Assembly: GCA_044376115.1 (NCBI GenBank)
Contig: JBILLK010000027.1
Coordinates: 77,566-141,565, forward strand
DNA from: Polyangiaceae bacterium
Lineage (GTDB): Bacteria; Myxococcota_A; Polyangia; Polyangiales; Polyangiaceae
Length of the DNA stretch: 64,000 nucleotides
Reading direction: 5' to 3'
The translations under genes and the position numbers were made by a program. The notes beneath the pieces were generated by a model. It made no database searches. It was not told the origin of the DNA and was given only the letters and a program-made list of their open reading frames with translations. Of the stretch, positions 61,197 through 64,000 are shown in pieces. Within the stretch, counting starts at the first letter, position 1. Each line of letters begins with the position of its first letter.

Positions 61197-62531
61197 CTAA
61201 TCGCGTAGCCCGTACTTGCGCAACATGCGGAGCAAGTGGGGGCGATCGATCGAAGCCTTCCGGGCCGCTTCCGAGGCGTTGCCGTCGGTAAGCTTGATTA
61301 GGCTAGCGAAGAACCTTCTCTCGAACGCTTGCAGCGCCTCTTCCTTTGCGTCCCGGAAGCTCTGGCCAGGTAGCTCCGAACCTGTGGTGCTCGGTTCAGC
61401 GGGCGGCTTTACTTCGCGACCCGGCAGTGCCGGCCAATGTCCGTCGATCAGGGCGCGTTCAACCAGTCCACGCAGCTCGCGGACGTTTCCTGGAAAAGGG
61501 TATGAGCTCAGGGCCATCAACTGCGACGGACTCAACGGTTCGGGCTTACAGCCAGAGAAGTCGAGCCAGAACTGAGCAATCAGGTCTTCCAGGTCTTCGG
61601 CTCGCTCTCGCAACGGCGGTAAGTGAAGGGGCACCGTTCCAAGCCGGTAAAAAAGATCCGCTCGAAAGCGGCCCGCTTGAATCTCCTCTTCGAGCCGACG
61701 GTTCGTCGCGCAAACAACGCGCACATCGACGTCGACTTCGGCGTCAGAGCCAATCCGTCGCAGTCGACGGCGCTGCAAAACGCCAAGGAGCGAAGCTTGA
61801 TGCACGATCGGTAGTTCACCAATCTCATCGAGGAACAGGGTGCCGCCGTGCGCACGCTCGAAGGCCCCAGCGCGGCGCCGCTCGGCCCCGGTAAATGAAC
61901 CACGCTCATGGCCGAAGAGCTCCGCCTCCACCATGGTTGGCGTTAGCGCAGCGCAATCGAGCACCATGAAGGGCCCATTGCGCCGCATGCTCAATTGGTG
62001 AATAGCGCGCGCCATAACCTCCTTGCCGGTCCCAGTCTCGCCAGTGATGAGAATGGAGGCGTCCGTCTTTGCTGCACGTGCGGCGGACTCAGCGATCGAC
62101 AGCATTCTGCTACTGCGGAATACAAAGCCCTCGCGCGCAAGAATCTCAATCAAGTTTCCAGGCGCTCGGTGCTGAAAGCCAATCGTCAGCGAGCCGAGTT
62201 TGAGCCGGGACGAAAAGGGCAGTAGAGCATCAAAGAGTCGTATGGCTCCGGTTTGCACCACCGCGTTCGGTGACAACGCACGAACGCGTAGTCCACCATC
62301 GGTCAGCGTAAACTCCGCATGTCGGGGCAGGATGTCTTCGGCCTCTAGGCGTAGGCCAACACCTTTTTCACTGCCAACCGTCACGGCTGTCCCGTGGACC
62401 AGCTGCGTGTGACGGCCCGCATCAAGGCCCGAGAGGACCAGCAGCTCGAGGCGATCTTGGGGCGGGCCCGGCTCAGCTTGGATGTTGTCGCTGGCCAACA
62501 GGGACTGCGGCGGGTTGTTGCGCTCAGCCAA
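61197..62531 (-). CDS. FHA-like domain sigma-54-dependent Fis-family transcriptional activator
   Basis: [47 protein letters not shown]-terminal HTH. Confidence 0.92.
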   Translation of the reverse strand: MAERNNPPQSLLASDNIQAEPGPPQDRLELLVLSGLDAGRHTQLVHGTAVTVGSEKGVGLRLEAEDILPRHAEFTLTDGGLRVRALSPNAVVQTGAIRLFDALLPFSSRLKLGSLTIGFQHRAPGNLIEILAREGFVFRSSRMLSIAESAARAAKTDASILITGETGTGKEVMARAIHQLSMRRNGPFMVLDCAALTPTMVEAELFGHERGSFTGAERRRAGAFERAHGGTLFLDEIGELPIVHQASLLGVLQRRRLRRIGSDAEVDVDVRVVCATNRRLEEEIQAGRFRADLFYRLGTVPLHLPPLRERAEDLEDLIAQFWLDFSGCKPEPLSPSQLMALSSYPFPGNVRELRGLVERALIDGHWPALPGREVKPPAEPSTTGSELPGQSFRDAKEEALQAFERRFFASLIKLTDGNASEAARKASIDRPHLLRMLRKYGLRD

Positions 62532-62589
62532 CAGCCGTCTCCGTCCGCATCGAAGAATTGGTGGGCATGGGACGTGCTATGCAGACAGT

Positions 62590-62907
62590 ATGCCGGATCT
62601 TTCTACCAAAGTGGACCTGTGCTGTGGCCATGACGCATGTGCCCCGCGTGCCTTCAGCACGTTCAGCGCGAATGTTCTGGCAGAAGGATTCGAGGTAGCG
62701 CGTGAGCGTGATGAGTTGCAGCCACACAGCTGCCCAGAGCACCCGCCCCACGGCGCTGTCGTGCGCCGTGGCTATCAAAGTGTGCTCGCCAATGGCCAGC
62801 CCATTGCGTACGTCGGCGCCACCGTCTCGTGCCCGTCGGGAGAGGTCGGTACAGGGCGGCCCTCGGTGCGGGTAGGCGACGGAGACAGCATCAACTTCGC
62901 GAAGTAG
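62590..62907 (+). CDS. PAAR domain protein (T4 gp5.4-like)
   Basis: D.CCGH, NVLAEG, H.C...H, SVLANGQPIAYVG..VSC, PSVRVG with His/Cys Zn ligands. Confidence 0.88.
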   Translation: MPDLSTKVDLCCGHDACAPRAFSTFSANVLAEGFEVARERDELQPHSCPEHPPHGAVVRRGYQSVLANGQPIAYVGATVSCPSGEVGTGRPSVRVGDGDSINFAK

Positions 62908-63000
62908 CAAGCGACGAGCGGCTGCTGACAACGGTTCAACGGCTGTGCTTTGGGCCTGAGTCTGAAGCTGTTCTCGAGAGACTCATGATACGGTTGACCC

Positions 63001-64000
63001 GTGCGCTGTCGGACGCTTCTTGGTTTGGGCCTCTTGCATGCCGTGCTCGGCTGTGAGGTTCTCACGGGGCTAGACCAAGCGTACGGTGTTGCGCCGCTCG
63101 GGAGCGGCGGCGCAGGCGCGGTTGGTGGAACGAGCGCCGGCGGGATGGCTGCCGGCGGAATGGCGACTACGGGGGGAGGCGGAAGTGGTGGAGACGTGTG
63201 CGAGCACACGTCGTACCCGGAGCCGCCAAAGGATCGCGACCTCGGTGGGGAACAAGAGTTCGTTGTCGCGATGAACTCGATCGGTCTGGGCGAGACGTTG
63301 GAGACTCGCGTAGGCGTTGATCTGGACCGTCAATGCACCTGCCTGGGTGAAGGACCTTCCTGTGTCGCACCTCCCAACGCTGGTGATAACGAGTGCGACT
63401 TCGATGGCGGCGTTGACGCGAATTTTTCGCGGTTGATGACGCTGCTAGCGGCCTTCTCGTCCGGCACAATCTCAAGCTCCGCTTACTCGCAGGGGGCGCT
63501 CGACGGGCGATGGAGTGTGCTCCTACGGGTGCGTGGTTACAACGGGGCTGCAGACGACGATCAGGTAGAAGTCGCCGTATTCACGACGCCTGGTTTCCCA
63601 ACGGATGAGGTGCCTCTGTGGGACGGAACCGATGAGTGGCCGATTGCTTCAACCTCGGTAGGTGCTAGCGGATCGACCGAGGAACCGAAGTTTGTCTCGC
63701 TAACCGGCTACGTCCGCAACGGTATTCTGGTAGCGCCGTTGCCCAGCCTGCCGCTGATCTTCAATACGGGTTTCTCGTACCTCCCATTCGATATTACCGG
63801 TGGGTTCATCATGGGTACGATTGTGGAACAAGCCGGGGAGACTGCACTGACCAACGGGTTGATCGCTGGCCGTTTCACCATGGAGAGTATGTTCCAGAGC
63901 CTCAGCGAGTTTCGCAATGGCGCTGGCATGCCCATTTGTCGCGGGGACTCGTACTACGATAGCGTCAAGATACTCGTCTGTAATTTGCGGGACATTTCGT
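63001..64000 (+). CDS. Gly-rich-linker, Cys-containing lipoprotein; 3'-truncated by window edge (absent from the ORF track)
   Basis: GTG start, MRCRTLLGLGLLHAVLGC lipobox; frame open to the end of the window. Confidence 0.75.
   Translation, partial: MRCRTLLGLGLLHAVLGCEVLTGLDQAYGVAPLGSGGAGAVGGTSAGGMAAGGMATTGGGGSGGDVCEHTSYPEPPKDRDLGGEQEFVVAMNSIGLGETLETRVGVDLDRQCTCLGEGPSCVAPPNAGDNECDFDGGVDANFSRLMTLLAAFSSGTISSSAYSQGALDGRWSVLLRVRGYNGAADDDQVEVAVFTTPGFPTDEVPLWDGTDEWPIASTSVGASGSTEEPKFVSLTGYVRNGILVAPLPSLPLIFNTGFSYLPFDITGGFIMGTIVEQAGETALTNGLIAGRFTMESMFQSLSEFRNGAGMPICRGDSYYDSVKILVCNLRDIS

Noticed and set aside
62568..62583. Sigma54 promoter-like TGGGACG-N4-ATGCA before the PAAR gene
   Set aside because: It resembles the consensus, but the implied transcription start (~62594) would fall just inside the CDS that starts at 62590.
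29577..62907. Complete T6SS, eCIS or prophage tail locus
   Set aside because: No tube, sheath, baseplate, capsid, terminase or integrase genes were recognised.

Overview
GC-rich bacterial chromosomal DNA, most consistent with a myxobacterium of the Polyangiaceae/Sorangiineae type. This is inferred from the Gly-rich lipoproteins, the FHA-sigma54 activator, the hybrid kinases and the many orphan vgrG genes. Bases 1-29 kb are mostly housekeeping: a 5'-truncated PglZ-domain gene; a long minus-strand operon (DUF6918-like, dipeptidase, addB, addA, HTTM pair, asparaginase, EamA); a pal-tolQRAB cluster; ddl-aroA-cmk; and a PAS hybrid kinase. Bases 29.5-39.5 kb and 49.4-63 kb are two contractile-injection spike/effector islands. 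Together they carry four vgrG, two PAAR genes plus one PAAR-like fusion, two DUF2169 adaptors and several unknown effector/immunity candidates, but no sheath, tube or baseplate genes. The strongest leads are (i) a VgrG fused to a papain-like/C39-type cysteine peptidase domain with a translationally coupled candidate immunity gene, (ii) a module of a 41-bp hairpin-containing tandem array, an unknown helical protein and a short HerA/FtsK-type ATPase between the two islands, and (iii) unknown VgrG/PAAR cargo proteins. No rRNA, tRNA, CRISPR array or transposase was recognised. All family assignments come from motifs read by eye, not from database searches.
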